The translations under genes were made by a program, and so were the position numbers. Of a DNA stretch of 64,000 bases, positions 8,806 to 19,927 are shown piece after piece; the stretch's first letter is position 1, and each line of letters begins with the position of its first letter. The notes below the pieces were generated by a model. It did not search any database, had not been told where the DNA came from, and was given only the letters and a program-made list of their open reading frames with translations. This DNA comes from Thermodesulfobacteriota bacterium (lineage in GTDB: Bacteria > Desulfobacterota_D > UBA1144 > Nemesobacterales > UBA2774): contig OZ244991.1 in assembly GCA_965223335.1 (NCBI GenBank), forward strand, positions 1,248,001 to 1,312,000, given 5' to 3'.

Positions 8806-10611
8806 TTATCTGCTTTCCGGCACGATCTTAAGCGATATCTCTTTATTCCCGCGTAGAATTACAATATCGGTTTCTACTCCCTGTTTGGATTTACGGAGTG
8901 CATATACATAATCATAGATATTGCTTACCTTATGGCCACCTAGGCCTAAGATTACGTCGTCGCTGGTAAGACCTGCCTTTTCTGCCGGACTGCCTCCCTG
9001 TACACCCATAAGTCTAACCCCAGTTTCTGTGCTTGAGTAGTCGGGGATAGTGCCCAAATAGACCTTAAACCTTGCACTCGTGCCCACGGGTGCGTTTGTT
9101 TTGGAATACGCTACACTCAGTTCTCGGGAGCTTAGGTCCTGAATTAAGCTGCTCATAAGCTCGAGCACGCTCTTTTGTCCCCGTGCGTTTATCTTGTGCC
9201 AATCGTCCCCAGGTGTGTGATACTCGCCGTGTAAGCCGGTAAAGAAATGGAGAACGGGTATTTGCTTTGAGTAAAATACCGACTGATCGCTCGGTGCAAA
9301 CGGGGTATCGCTAAGATGGAGTTTAAGCCTTGTGTCTCTATTGGCTTTCAAGAGTAGCTCCTTCCACTGGTCGGACGAGCCGACTCCAAAGACGGTGAGT
9401 TTATTTTTTCTCAACCTGCCTATCATATCCATATTGAGCATCGCCACTGTGTTGTCCAGAGCAAAAAGCGGGTTTTTTACGTAGTGCGAGGCACCCAAAA
9501 GGCCTATCTCTTCGGCCGCAAACGCTATAAAAACTATTGTGAATTTCTGTGTGTTCGCAGGGGAGGAAAAATACTCTGCCAACTCTAACAAGCCCGCAAC
9601 ACCCGAGGCGTTGTCATCGGCACCGTTATGAATCTCGCGTACTCCTTTTTGTCGAGCGCGCGAGCTCTCGCCGCCGAGACCTATATGATCGTAGTGGGCG
9701 CCTATTATGAGCACCCGGTCTTTTAGCCCGGGGTCGCTGCCCTCGATGTACCCCACAACATTGGAGGTCTCGAGCTCTTTATAAACCAGGTCTACAGTAA
9801 ACTCTATGCTGATGTTTTTGATCGGGAATGAAAATGGTTTTTTACCATCGAGCTTTTTTTCAAGTGACTTAAGATCGTAACCCGCAGTGTTAAAAATAGT
9901 GTTTGCCACCCCTGGTCTAAGCAAAAGTGCCCCAACACCCGAGTCGCCAGCCGACATATCGGATAGTATATTGTCGTATTCTCCGCTCGCTTCGTGCTCT
10001 GTGGGTGTTACAAACAGCACTCCCCGTGCACCGTGTTCTCGGGCGTTCATTGCCTTGTAGCGGAGCGAGGAGTATTGATAAAAACGGCTCTCGGGCTCGT
10101 CACCCTCGGGGGAATAACGAAGTACTATCGCTATTTTGTCCTCTACATCCACACCTGTGTAGTCGTCGTACTCTAGTCCCTCGGCCGTAATTCCATAACC
10201 CACAAACACCGCCTCGCCCGATACCTCGCCATTTGTTGAGAACCCGATCGGCATGAAATCGGTCTTGGGGGAGTAGGATTTAGATTTATGTGGGGTTGTT
10301 ATATCCAAAAAATTGTTAAGTCCCATTTGGGGTGCTGAACGGAATGTAAAGCTTTGTAGATAATCACCGTTCTCGTTAAGTGGCTCAAGGCCATAGGACT
10401 CGAACTCAAGGGCTATGTAATCGGCAGCTCTTTCGGCACCTCGGGTACCCGACATCCTACCCCGAAGCTCATCGGAGGCCAGTTCTTTTATGTGTGCGCT
10501 TATCTCCTGTTCGGTGATCTTGGGGTTTGTTTGCGAAAGAGAAGACTCGAAATTAAGCGCCGAGCAGAGTCCAAATATCAATACACCCATAACGATATTG
10601 TATTTGTTCAT
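8806..10611 (-). CDS. Exported M28-family aminopeptidase with PA and C-terminal PDZ domains
   Basis: Signal peptide; IGAHYDHIG, NGADDNASG, AAEEIGLLG, NMDMIGR, SDQ, YHTPGD; YLGTIPDY...GSPAEKAGL PDZ. Confidence 0.92.
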   Translation of the reverse strand: MNKYNIVMGVLIFGLCSALNFESSLSQTNPKITEQEISAHIKELASDELRGRMSGTRGAERAADYIALEFESYGLEPLNENGDYLQSFTFRSAPQMGLNNFLDITTPHKSKSYSPKTDFMPIGFSTNGEVSGEAVFVGYGITAEGLEYDDYTGVDVEDKIAIVLRYSPEGDEPESRFYQYSSLRYKAMNAREHGARGVLFVTPTEHEASGEYDNILSDMSAGDSGVGALLLRPGVANTIFNTAGYDLKSLEKKLDGKKPFSFPIKNISIEFTVDLVYKELETSNVVGYIEGSDPGLKDRVLIIGAHYDHIGLGGESSRARQKGVREIHNGADDNASGVAGLLELAEYFSSPANTQKFTIVFIAFAAEEIGLLGASHYVKNPLFALDNTVAMLNMDMIGRLRKNKLTVFGVGSSDQWKELLLKANRDTRLKLHLSDTPFAPSDQSVFYSKQIPVLHFFTGLHGEYHTPGDDWHKINARGQKSVLELMSSLIQDLSSRELSVAYSKTNAPVGTSARFKVYLGTIPDYSSTETGVRLMGVQGGSPAEKAGLTSDDVILGLGGHKVSNIYDYVYALRKSKQGVETDIVILRGNKEISLKIVPESR

Positions 10612-10796
10612 ACCTCAATTAAGTTACCATAGGATCTGGTGGTTGTTGTTGGCTGGTCTCAAATCCTATTTGTAGCCAGCGGGGCTCACATCATAAACCT
10701 GATCTATTAAAAATACTGTAATCAAAGCAAGTTTGCAGATGTATATAAACCATGTAAGACTATTTTGAGTTTTTTGCGCGGAGGCACTGAAATACT

Positions 10797-11576
10797 ATGT
10801 ATCCTGAACTTTTCAAAATAGGCAGTGTATCGATCTCGTCATTTTCGGTGATGGTACTGATCGGGTTTTTGGTAGCCTATAAGTTTGGTGAGATTGAATT
10901 AGAGCGAAAGGGGTTAAACGGTAACCTGGCCGATATACTATTGCTCGCATGTGTGATAGGGGGGCTTGGGGGTGCAAAGCTCTTATTCCTATACCAGCAG
11001 GCCACGTTTGCGGATTTTATGGCTTCACCCAGCAGGTATTTGGCCTCGGGGTTTACTTTTTTCGGTGGGTTGATAGGAGCGCTGGTGCTGATGTGGGCAG
11101 TCGCTAACTACAAGAGAATAAACTTTTTGATAATCACCGATGCCGCGGCCCCGGCGTTGATAATTGCATATGCAATTGGCAGGATTGGGTGTTTACTGGT
11201 AGGGGATGACTACGGTGTGCCGACCGATTTGCCGTGGGGCATTTCATTCCCCGACGGTGCACCACCTACTCTAGATGCCGTGCATCCAACCCAGGTATAC
11301 GACACAATCATAATGACCCTTGTGTTCATTTTTCTTTGGAAAATTCGTAAAAATGCAAGGCCCGTGGGTTGGTTGACTGCTATAACCCTTATAATCCTAG
11401 GTGTGCAGAGGTTTTTGATAGAGTTCATAAGGAGCACTACCCCAAGCTTTATACCGGGGATTTCGCAGGCCCAGGTTATATCGACTCTGTTAGTGATCGC
11501 GGGTTGTGTTATTTTACTATTGGTACGAAGCGGCAGGCTGCAGCCTAAGACTGCCGGTGCCCCTTCGGGTAGCTGA
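10797..11576 (+). CDS. lgt: Prolipoprotein diacylglyceryl transferase
   Basis: MYPELF, FFGGLIG, AIGRIGC..GDDYG.PTDLPWG, HPTQVY, RFLIEFIR. Confidence 0.92.
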   Translation: MYPELFKIGSVSISSFSVMVLIGFLVAYKFGEIELERKGLNGNLADILLLACVIGGLGGAKLLFLYQQATFADFMASPSRYLASGFTFFGGLIGALVLMWAVANYKRINFLIITDAAAPALIIAYAIGRIGCLLVGDDYGVPTDLPWGISFPDGAPPTLDAVHPTQVYDTIIMTLVFIFLWKIRKNARPVGWLTAITLIILGVQRFLIEFIRSTTPSFIPGISQAQVISTLLVIAGCVILLLVRSGRLQPKTAGAPSGS

Positions 11577-11578
11577 AT

Positions 11579-12904
11579 ATGAGAATAGTTATAATCGGAG
11601 CGGGGCAGGTGGGATCGTTTCTGGCGCGTAATCTCTGTGGGGAGCACGATATAGTTGTAATTGAGAACGACAGGGATACCGCAGAAAAACTAAAAGAGTC
11701 TCATGATGTGCTGATGATTCACGGGAGCGGGGACGACCCCTCGGTGCTTAGACAGGCGCAGGTGGAGGATGCGGATGTGATGCTGGCGGTTTCAGGTGAT
11801 GATCGTACGAACATACTGGCGTCCTCGATATCCGAGTCGTTAGGGGTTAAGAAAATTATAATAAGGATTAGAAACCCCAACTACCTAGAGTACCCCAAAC
11901 TCCTTCAGAAACCCGATATATACACCGTGCATCCGGGTGAGATAATATCTGAGAAAATTACAAGCCTGATGAGCTCGCCCTTTGCCTGGAGGACAGAGTC
12001 GTTCGCCACGGGAAAGATCCAGATGTTTAAGCTCAAGGTAGAGGAACACACTCCTATCGTGGGGAAAAAACTGTCTGAACTCGGCCCTGCAAAGGCGTGG
12101 ATATTTGTTGCCATTTCGCGTCACGGTAAGATCACTATTCCCACGGGGGACACGCGCGTTGCCACAGGGGACTACATATTTGCGCTTGGGGTACCGGACA
12201 TTTTGGACAAACTGCTTGAGCTATTTGGGGTTACCGAAAGCACCGTGAGTTCGGCAGTTGTAGTCGGGGGAGGGCGGATAGGCAGGGGGGTGTCAAAAAA
12301 GCTTACAGAGGGCGGGATAAACGTAAAACTGATTGAGAGTGACCCCGAGAGGGCAAGGATGGCTGCAGAGGAGTTGCCTAAAGCCATAGTGTTTAACGGC
12401 GATGCCACCGACAGTGACACGCTTAAGGAAGCTGGTGTCGATTCGGCGGATTATTTCATTGCACTTACAGGGGACGATGAGAACAACGTTTTCAGTGCAC
12501 TCTTGGCAAATAACTTAGGGGTTAAAAAAACAATAGTGCTATACACTAAACCCGACTACATTGATGTGATAGAAGCAATCGGGGTGGACAGGGCTATTAG
12601 CGTGAGGCTTGCGGTGGCCAATGAGGTGCTTAGCCTGCTACATATCGGAGGGGTGGTGCATGTAGCTCTTGTAGAAGAGGGGAAAGCAGAGGTACTCGAA
12701 TTCGATATAACGGAGAACACCAAGATATTAAATATGCCGCTTAAAGAAGCACATTTCCCCGAGGGTTCGATTGCGGGGATAGTAGTGCGTGAGGATGAAG
12801 TAATAATACCCGGGGGGGATTTTGTGCCAGCACTGGGTGATAGAATAATCGTATTTGCATTACCCAAGGCACTTAAAAAGCTTGAATATATGCTCGGCCA
12901 GTAG
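11579..12904 (+). CDS. trkA: Trk potassium uptake NAD-binding subunit TrkA
   Basis: Two RCK_N/RCK_C pairs with GAGQVG and GGGRIG; 441 aa. Confidence 0.92.
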   Translation: MRIVIIGAGQVGSFLARNLCGEHDIVVIENDRDTAEKLKESHDVLMIHGSGDDPSVLRQAQVEDADVMLAVSGDDRTNILASSISESLGVKKIIIRIRNPNYLEYPKLLQKPDIYTVHPGEIISEKITSLMSSPFAWRTESFATGKIQMFKLKVEEHTPIVGKKLSELGPAKAWIFVAISRHGKITIPTGDTRVATGDYIFALGVPDILDKLLELFGVTESTVSSAVVVGGGRIGRGVSKKLTEGGINVKLIESDPERARMAAEELPKAIVFNGDATDSDTLKEAGVDSADYFIALTGDDENNVFSALLANNLGVKKTIVLYTKPDYIDVIEAIGVDRAISVRLAVANEVLSLLHIGGVVHVALVEEGKAEVLEFDITENTKILNMPLKEAHFPEGSIAGIVVREDEVIIPGGDFVPALGDRIIVFALPKALKKLEYMLGQ

Positions 12905-13132
12905 CATCTGAGCTCTTGGGTTTGTTATTAATGGGATTTTTATAAGAGCAAATGATCTAGGTGCGATTTTACTTTCTACAATTCACTACATATGGTAAAA
13001 TTCCTCCGTTTTAACAAGTCAATCCGAATATGTATTTGGTTCTGAAACCATAGTAAAATCAAAAAAACATCGAATATATAATGGATACAGATAAAGTTCG
13101 GGACTTTAGGTTATTGGCTCTAGGCTTAAGAT

Positions 13133-14056
13133 ATGAAAATAATTAACGACCCCACGCTACCATTAGAAGTACCAACGGCTGCTACAATCGGCAACTTTGA
13201 CGGGGTGCACATCGGGCACAAGGAAATAATACAGCACACGATCGAGACAGCTCGGAAAAAGGCGCTCGGTTCGTGCGTGATTACCTTTTACCCCCACCCC
13301 CAGACCGTGCTAAGAAACATCGATGTTCCCCTGCTGTTCCCGATTAGAGAGAGGTATAAGCTCTTGGAGAGGGAGGAGATAGAGCACCTGGTGCGCTTTA
13401 CATTCACAAAGGAGATTGCCTCGATGAGTGCCCGGGATTTTATCTCTCGGATCTTGGTAGACACGCTAAACATAAAGCATTTGACTATAGGCCCTGATTT
13501 CGCATTCGGTAAAAATAGGGAGGGGGATTTTAACCTTCTAAAAACTGTAGGTAAGGAATTGGGGTTTGAGACCGAGGTAGTGGGGCCTGCGCGTGTAGAC
13601 GGCGAGGTAGTGAGCAGCTCGTCAATACGTAAGCTCATAAAGGACGGGGATATGAGGAAGGCTGTGCTTTTTCTAGGTAAAAACTACTACGTGGGCGGTA
13701 ATGTTGTAGAGGGAGAGAAGAGGGGGAGGATAATCGGTTTTCCCACTGCAAACCTGGATACCGATTGGGACCTGTTGCCCAAGCAGGGAGTATACGCAAC
13801 CTACGCCAATATAGGTGATAAAAAGCACAAGAGTATTACAAACATAGGCTACCGCCCAACGTTTCAAAAAAACGAGCTTTTAATAGAGACCCATATTTTT
13901 GAGTTCTCCGATGACATCTACAACCAAAGCATTAACGTTGAGTTCGTCGAGCGTATAAGGGATGAAAAACGGTTTGAGAGTGCCGACGCGCTTGTGGTAC
14001 AGATAACAAAAGATGTACAATGCGTAAAGGAGATACTGTCGACCGACGGCGGATAA
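13133..14056 (+). CDS. ribF: Bifunctional riboflavin kinase/FAD synthetase
   Basis: TIGNFDGVHIGH, TFYPHP, SSSIR, GFPTAN, NIGYRPT, ETHI. Confidence 0.96.
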   Translation: MKIINDPTLPLEVPTAATIGNFDGVHIGHKEIIQHTIETARKKALGSCVITFYPHPQTVLRNIDVPLLFPIRERYKLLEREEIEHLVRFTFTKEIASMSARDFISRILVDTLNIKHLTIGPDFAFGKNREGDFNLLKTVGKELGFETEVVGPARVDGEVVSSSSIRKLIKDGDMRKAVLFLGKNYYVGGNVVEGEKRGRIIGFPTANLDTDWDLLPKQGVYATYANIGDKKHKSITNIGYRPTFQKNELLIETHIFEFSDDIYNQSINVEFVERIRDEKRFESADALVVQITKDVQCVKEILSTDGG

Positions 14057-14077
14057 AAATCCCGAGGGCCTATTACA

Positions 14078-14926
14078 TTGAACGTAACCTCGAGTACCGA
14101 TATATATTGCATTTTTGGGCACCCGGTTGGGCATAGCCTCTCGCCCAGGATGCATAATAATGGATTCCGGGCCGCGGGCCTTGACTGTGTTTACGTTGCG
14201 TGCGATGTGCCGCCCTCAGACCTGGCCACAGCAGTCTCAGGACTTGTGCCCCTTGGGGTAAAAGGGGTGAATGTCACTATCCCACATAAGGTAGAGATAA
14301 TGCAGTACCTGGACGAGGTCACGCGGGATGCGGAGCTTACAGGTGCGGTTAACACGATTAAAAACGAGGGGGGCAGGCTTGTAGGTTATAACACGGACGT
14401 CCCCGGGTTTCTGAGAGCGCTTAAGACTGATCTGGATTTTGATCCTAACCACAAAAACGTTTTGTTGATAGGAGCCGGGGGGGCTGCAAGGGCGGTTGTT
14501 ACGGCTGTGTGTTCCAAGGGTGCATCGTCTGTGCAGATTGCGAACAGGACTTTACAGAAGGCACAAGAACTGGCCGGGGAGTTCGGAGGGCATTTCCCCG
14601 ATGTGAAACTCTCGTCTGTGGCATTGGATGCAACAGATGAGCTCAAAAATGCATTATCAATGGCAGATATAATAGTTAATTCGAGCTCGATGGGTATGGA
14701 GGGTGAGGGGGAATTAGATATAGATCTAGAAGAGTTAAATCCGAACGCAGTAATATACGATTTGGTATATAAGCCGCGCGAGACCGATCTTGTAAAGAGT
14801 GCGCGTGAGCTAGGGCATAGGGCAGCCGGGGGTTTGAGCATGCTCCTTTATCAGGGTGCCGAGAGTTTTACTATATGGACCGGGGTCGATGCCCCGATAG
14901 ATGCCATGCGAGACGCCCTCGAATAG
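14078..14926 (+). CDS. aroE: Shikimate dehydrogenase
   Basis: HSLSPRMHN, NVTIPHK, GAVNT, NTD, GAGGAARA, DLVY, MLLYQG. TTG start. Confidence 0.95.
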   Translation: MNVTSSTDIYCIFGHPVGHSLSPRMHNNGFRAAGLDCVYVACDVPPSDLATAVSGLVPLGVKGVNVTIPHKVEIMQYLDEVTRDAELTGAVNTIKNEGGRLVGYNTDVPGFLRALKTDLDFDPNHKNVLLIGAGGAARAVVTAVCSKGASSVQIANRTLQKAQELAGEFGGHFPDVKLSSVALDATDELKNALSMADIIVNSSSMGMEGEGELDIDLEELNPNAVIYDLVYKPRETDLVKSARELGHRAAGGLSMLLYQGAESFTIWTGVDAPIDAMRDALE

Positions 14927-15028
14927 TTGGTTCCTACTCCATACAACTGTCTAATAGGTTAGTAATCCCCACTCAGCTGTGGGATAATGTATCTGTATCG
15001 CAAACAAATTAGGAGGACTATTGTAGAG

Positions 15029-15301
15029 ATGAAGGTATCGAGCCCTGCAGGTGACTTTGATATAACTATAAATGAATCGAGTGTTGAGGGAGACAAGATT
15101 GTACTGAGTGGGCAGATGGGGGTATGGGACTCAAAAATTTATCTTAGTCCGGGCGATATCTGGCTGTTTGCATCAATTTTTCTAAGCCCTGCCGTTATAC
15201 TATTTATACTCAAACTGCCGTTTCGCTCTCTACTGGGATCCCCTAATGATAAAAATGAACCGGAAAAAGATGAGAGCAAAACCGATAGTGACGAAGAGTA
15301 A
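15029..15301 (+). CDS. Small hypothetical membrane protein
   Basis: AGGAGG at 15011 precedes the in-frame ATG at 15029; one hydrophobic segment and an acidic tail. Confidence 0.6.
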   Translation: MKVSSPAGDFDITINESSVEGDKIVLSGQMGVWDSKIYLSPGDIWLFASIFLSPAVILFILKLPFRSLLGSPNDKNEPEKDESKTDSDEE

Positions 15302-15337
15302 TATGTGTATATAGATTAACCTGTATAGTGTTTGGTT

Positions 15338-16315
15338 TTAGTGATCTACAAAAGCAGATCTGTTTACGAGATGTTTGGGAATCCCCCCGCCAAGAGCTGT
15401 GACCACGCTCTCAATTGCCATGTCGGACATCCTTATCCTTGTTTCCAGAGAGGCGCTGCCGATATGGGGTACCAACACACAGTTGGATAGTTTGATAAGT
15501 TCGGGATCTACGGCGGGTTCGTTTTCGTAAACGTCAAGACCCGCCCCCCATATAACCCCTTCCTTTAAAGCTTGTGCGAGCTCGTTTTCCTTGATTATGG
15601 GCCCCCGGCCGATATTTACGATAACGGCACTATGTTTCATACGCTTAAACTCATCGAGGCCGAATCGCCCATGGGTCTCGTTGTTTAGAGGGGCTGTGAT
15701 TACTATAAAATCGGAGCGGGTCAATAACTGGTCGAAATCAATAAGCCGGGCCCCGAGCTCTTTTTCGGCTGTGAGATTGGGGGTCCTGTTATTGTAAACA
15801 ATCTCCATATTAAAACCCACCGCGCGTTTAGCCACGGCGGTGCCGATGCGACCCATGCCGTAAATACCTAGGGTTTTTTTGTGTATGTTGTGTCCCAAAA
15901 GCAGTGTGGGAAGCCAGCAGGAAAACTCGCCGCTTCTAACGTAGTTATCGGCCTCTACGATCCGTCTGCCGATGCTTAGCATAAGGGCCCAGGCCAGGTC
16001 GGCTGTGGTCTCGGTAAGCACGCCAGGTGTATTAGTGACCATTATCCCTCGGTTGCTGGCCTCTTTTACGTCAATGTTCTCGTGGCCGACACCGCAGTTG
16101 GAGATGATCTTTAGCCCCGGGGATGAGTCCATAACGGTTCGGTCTATGGAGTCTGATACCATTGTGATCAGTGCATCTGCATCCCGGGCCCTCGCAATCA
16201 GCTCATCGGTAGCTATTACCGAAGGCTCTCGATACACGTCTACGCTGTAGTCTTTTTGTAGAAGCGATGTCCCTTCGCCGGGGAGCTCTGCGGTTATAAA
16301 TATGTTTTTGCTCAT
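15338..16315 (-). CDS. D-2-hydroxyacid dehydrogenase (glyoxylate reductase/D-glycerate dehydrogenase type)
   Basis: NTPGVLTETTADLA, GMGRIG, NIGRG, GLDVYENEP, PHIGSA. Confidence 0.9.
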   Translation of the reverse strand: MSKNIFITAELPGEGTSLLQKDYSVDVYREPSVIATDELIARARDADALITMVSDSIDRTVMDSSPGLKIISNCGVGHENIDVKEASNRGIMVTNTPGVLTETTADLAWALMLSIGRRIVEADNYVRSGEFSCWLPTLLLGHNIHKKTLGIYGMGRIGTAVAKRAVGFNMEIVYNNRTPNLTAEKELGARLIDFDQLLTRSDFIVITAPLNNETHGRFGLDEFKRMKHSAVIVNIGRGPIIKENELAQALKEGVIWGAGLDVYENEPAVDPELIKLSNCVLVPHIGSASLETRIRMSDMAIESVVTALGGGIPKHLVNRSAFVDH

Positions 16316-16396
16316 GTCAGTGAGTCATGGCAACAAATCTCGGTTATGCAGCAGAATATGAGCATTGCAATACAACAATATACGGGTGCGGCAAAC

Positions 16397-17704
16397 TCAT
16401 TTCTCAAACGGGTCCGGGATGTCGGGGTGCCATATGTGAAAGTGGTTTTTATGGTTTTCGGTATACGCCCCCTCGGGGTAGTACTCGTCATAGAAGTCCA
16501 GGTCGAGGTGGTGGGCCTGTACCATAAACCTTAGAAACATGGGGTCGGAAAATGCGGGGAACCGCCCGTAGGTATCGTATACATAGTTACATATATCCTT
16601 TACTACCTGGATCTCTTCTTTGCTCGGCCTCTCTACCTCTTGGAGCACGCCCTCGGGGTTTTTATAGGGCATGGTGTGGGATTCCCAGTTGCTCCATTTC
16701 ATATCGTTAAAGGCTTCTACGGCCTCGCCCATATCTTTGTAGTAGGGAGGGCAAAATGCCTGAAACAACCCGTCTTTACCCACAGCTACAGGGTTGGGAT
16801 TGCCAGTGTCACCCTTGGTTTCAGGAGTTATAAACCTAAAACCCAGCCCTTTATTAAAAGGAGTGCCGCCGAGCATAAACATGCTGGCGAAACCGCTAAA
16901 GAGCCATCCGCCGAGACCAAGCGCCTGGAGTGTGAGAACCATGTTTTGCCCCATAAACGCCTGCTCTGCGATATAGCCGTTCGCAAACCTGAGCTCTGCC
17001 TCGATAAGCGGCATTCTCTTGGAGGGGTCCAAGAACCCTTTGTCGAGCCAGCCTTGAGTGCCGGGGGGTCTAAGACCGTGGAGCTCATCCACAAAGTTAA
17101 ACCTGTGGTCGGGGCGCATATAAAAGAAGTAAAGGTTGATAATGCAGGCAGACAGATCAGTAACCGGCATAAAGAGCGTTGTGCCGGGCTTGTTCACGTT
17201 CCAAAGGTTATGTGCCGCGATGCCTGGGGGTTTAGAAGGAAGGTCGGCCCGGTTGTCTTCGAGTTTAATCTTGGATGCCTGAAACAGTTCGAGTATTTTC
17301 TCTACCCTTTTCTCACGACTAAGCCCCTCGAGACCCTTAAAATCCTCGGGTTGCTTGTCGTGCATTTTGATCATGTAAGTGCCTTCATCGTTTGTGTAGA
17401 ATAGCTCTGTGCGGTGGACGTCGCCAAGTGCAGGGATGGTTTTACTGGTAAATTGCATTTCTAGGTCTAGGCCAACGTGGGGTGGGAAATCGGATAGGTT
17501 TATGTTCTTTATCCCAAGCCCGTTCCATACGATGATGGCTTCTTCGAGTTCCGAGAGGGGTACAGAGTTGTGCTTGGATTTGTATTTGAGCGGGCCCTTT
17601 TCAATCTCCATCCCGAGGCCGAATCGTCGGGATCGCCTTTGGAACACTGCATCCATAAACTTGTAATCAACTGCGACGTCTAAACCCGGTGGAAACTTTG
17701 CCAT
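16397..17704 (-). CDS. Conserved hypothetical protein, probably nitroreductase-fold
   Basis: N-terminal DAVFQRRSRRF resembles the FMN-binding RRS motif; QNMVLTLQALGLGGW resembles the nitroreductase C-terminal helix-GLG motif; AGGAG RBS. Confidence 0.55.
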   Translation of the reverse strand: MAKFPPGLDVAVDYKFMDAVFQRRSRRFGLGMEIEKGPLKYKSKHNSVPLSELEEAIIVWNGLGIKNINLSDFPPHVGLDLEMQFTSKTIPALGDVHRTELFYTNDEGTYMIKMHDKQPEDFKGLEGLSREKRVEKILELFQASKIKLEDNRADLPSKPPGIAAHNLWNVNKPGTTLFMPVTDLSACIINLYFFYMRPDHRFNFVDELHGLRPPGTQGWLDKGFLDPSKRMPLIEAELRFANGYIAEQAFMGQNMVLTLQALGLGGWLFSGFASMFMLGGTPFNKGLGFRFITPETKGDTGNPNPVAVGKDGLFQAFCPPYYKDMGEAVEAFNDMKWSNWESHTMPYKNPEGVLQEVERPSKEEIQVVKDICNYVYDTYGRFPAFSDPMFLRFMVQAHHLDLDFYDEYYPEGAYTENHKNHFHIWHPDIPDPFEK

Positions 17705-17830
17705 CTCTAGGTGTTTCTCCTCTTTGGAATTTGGAACTTAAGTTTATCAAAAATGGATACTTTAGCCAAATTAAGTTGTTAATGTATAAATTGTGACTGG
17801 AAACAATGTGTTTCATCCATATACTTTTAA

Positions 17831-18562
17831 TTGATGAGTGCTGAGATTCGTAATACAGGTTTAGTAATTGCGGGATATGGATTTTTAAAGAATCTTCATG
17901 TTATTTCTGCGGCCTTGATATGCCTAGTTTTAGTAGGCTGTGCTTATGGGCAGCGCAATGTAATCACCGAGATCCCCGTGCCCTCAACCGCTGTTCACGA
18001 GAGTGAGGACGGGGTAGTCATTAGAGTGGCTGCATCGTCTTGGGCAGGGGAGCCCAGGAACCTGTACAATTTCGTTTTGCCCATGCGAATCGAGATCACC
18101 AATAATACAGATGAAATAATTCTAACCAGCATAAGCGATATTGTATTAATCGACGAATTCAACACACAGTACAACCCCCTTGCGCCTACCATAGTCTCCG
18201 AGATTATTAATGCCGAGGGCAGCTCAGGATTCTCGCCTACTTTTTCGATAGGGATCGGAGGGGGGTATTACGGTGGGGGATACTATTCGGATTTTAGCCC
18301 ATACGGGTTCTTTACATATTACCCTGTGGGCTCTCCCTATGACTATTACGCCCCACAGTACGAAAACACTCAAGACGTTTACACAGAGGCACTAATACCC
18401 GGACCCGTGTACCCCGATGCCACAATTTCCGGGTTTGTATACTTCAAGAACATACCGGTGGAAGTAGACAGTTTCTCTTTGGATATAGGTTATAGGATCG
18501 AGGGCCGCGACGAGAGACGAGTGCTTAGTTTCCCTTTTACAATGCAGCCGGTTAGTTACTAG
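17831..18562 (+). CDS. Hypothetical lipoprotein with Gly/Tyr-rich segment
   Basis: Hydrophobic stretch ending LVLVGC (lipobox); [14 protein letters not shown]; exact start uncertain. Confidence 0.6.
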   Translation: MMSAEIRNTGLVIAGYGFLKNLHVISAALICLVLVGCAYGQRNVITEIPVPSTAVHESEDGVVIRVAASSWAGEPRNLYNFVLPMRIEITNNTDEIILTSISDIVLIDEFNTQYNPLAPTIVSEIINAEGSSGFSPTFSIGIGGGYYGGGYYSDFSPYGFFTYYPVGSPYDYYAPQYENTQDVYTEALIPGPVYPDATISGFVYFKNIPVEVDSFSLDIGYRIEGRDERRVLSFPFTMQPVSY

Positions 18563-19628
18563 ATGTTCTTAGCTTCTCGTATAGCTCTTTTTGTTCAGGG
18601 GTTGGTTTCTTGGGGATGTTTACCCGCACTGTGACGTAGATGTCACCTCTTCGCCCCGATCTAAAGACAGGGAGGCCTTCGTTTGCAAGCCTAAGTGTTG
18701 TCCCGGGCTGTGTACCGGGGGGAATTTTAACCTCAACACTACCGGTTAGTGTCTCTATATCAATGCTCGTGCCGAGCACAGCATCGGGGATCTCGATTTG
18801 CTCAATCCTGTGCAGATGCTCTCCTCTTCTTTCAAACCTAGGGTCTTTTTCTGTGGAGACTACTACGTATAGCGAGCCTGGGATGGAACCGGGTTGTGAG
18901 TTTGAATGGCCCTCGCCATCGAGTCTAAGAGCTGTGTTTTCTGCAATCCCGGGTGGTATATTGATCTCCATGCTGCGTTTTTGCTCAATAATGCCCTTAC
19001 CGCTGCAAGTAGTGCAGGGGTCCTTAATAACCGAGCCGCGGCCAAAGCAGGTTTGGCAGGTTGCGATCTGTTGCAGCGTGACACCGTGTTGCTGAATGGT
19101 GTGTACCTGCTGACCGCTTCCGTTACATGTTTCGCAGGTCACGGGCTTCGTGCCTTCTTTTGCTCCCGTACCTTCACAGCTGCCGCAGTTTTCCATGCGT
19201 TGATAGTGGACGGTTTCCTCGCCCCCGGTGAGTATGCGTTTTAACGGTACAGTGATTTGAGTCTCTATGTTGCCACCCCTAGCCGGTCCCCTCTGTTGGC
19301 TGAATCCAAATAGGTCGCTAAAGATGCTACCGAACCCCCCGCCCCCAAAGATGTCGTTGAAGTTAATCCCGCCGTATATGTCTTCGGCCGACATGCCCTC
19401 GAGCCCTGCAAATCCCCCACGGTTATAGCGAGATCTGGTTTCGGGGTCGGACAACACCCCGTAAGCCTCGGAGAGCTCCTTAAACTTGTCTTCCGCCTGG
19501 GGGTCGTCTTGATTGTGGTCGGGGTGGTACTGCATCGCAAGGCGTCTGTATGCTTTTTTAATCTCTTGCTCGCTTGCGTCTCTAGATACGCCGAGCACTT
19601 CGTAGTAGTCGCGTTTTTGGTTGGACAT
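18552..19628 (-). CDS. dnaJ: Chaperone DnaJ (class A)
   Basis: J-domain with HPD, G/F-rich region, four CxxCxGxG repeats, C-terminal domain. No dnaK/grpE adjacent. Confidence 0.93.
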   Translation of the reverse strand: MSNQKRDYYEVLGVSRDASEQEIKKAYRRLAMQYHPDHNQDDPQAEDKFKELSEAYGVLSDPETRSRYNRGGFAGLEGMSAEDIYGGINFNDIFGGGGFGSIFSDLFGFSQQRGPARGGNIETQITVPLKRILTGGEETVHYQRMENCGSCEGTGAKEGTKPVTCETCNGSGQQVHTIQQHGVTLQQIATCQTCFGRGSVIKDPCTTCSGKGIIEQKRSMEINIPPGIAENTALRLDGEGHSNSQPGSIPGSLYVVVSTEKDPRFERRGEHLHRIEQIEIPDAVLGTSIDIETLTGSVEVKIPPGTQPGTTLRLANEGLPVFRSGRRGDIYVTVRVNIPKKPTPEQKELYEKLRTSSN

Positions 19629-19927
19629 CTAAATTTTCTCCGGGGAACTGTATATATAGATATATATTGCATATTCGGCGTTTGGCAAGTAACGGATCGT
19701 GAAAATTATCAAATAAGGTGAAGTCAGTTCTCCTGAGTTCCGGTATAATATTGAGATTAGGCAGAACATGTAGTGGATGCAAAGAGAAATACATAAGGAG
19801 CAATGCTGAAGCCACTTTATACGAGTCACGCTGTGTAGAAGACAGTGTTTAGAGTATTTAGATCTATATGATAATATGTATCCAGTAATATAAGGTAGAA
19901 GGTGAAGATAGAAGGGAGGACGAGCAT

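Noticed and set aside
10652..10680. Imperfect hairpin GCTGG..CAAAT-CCT-ATTTG..CCAGC between the M28 peptidase and lgt
   Set aside because: Interrupted stem, no U-tract and no recognisable RNA family; could be chance.
12905..13132. Possible FMN riboswitch upstream of ribF
   Set aside because: No AGGGCGGGGTGAAATTCCC-type core; AT-rich.
16640..17404. 254-aa plus-strand ORF
   Set aside because: Antisense shadow of the 435-aa minus-strand gene; no motifs.
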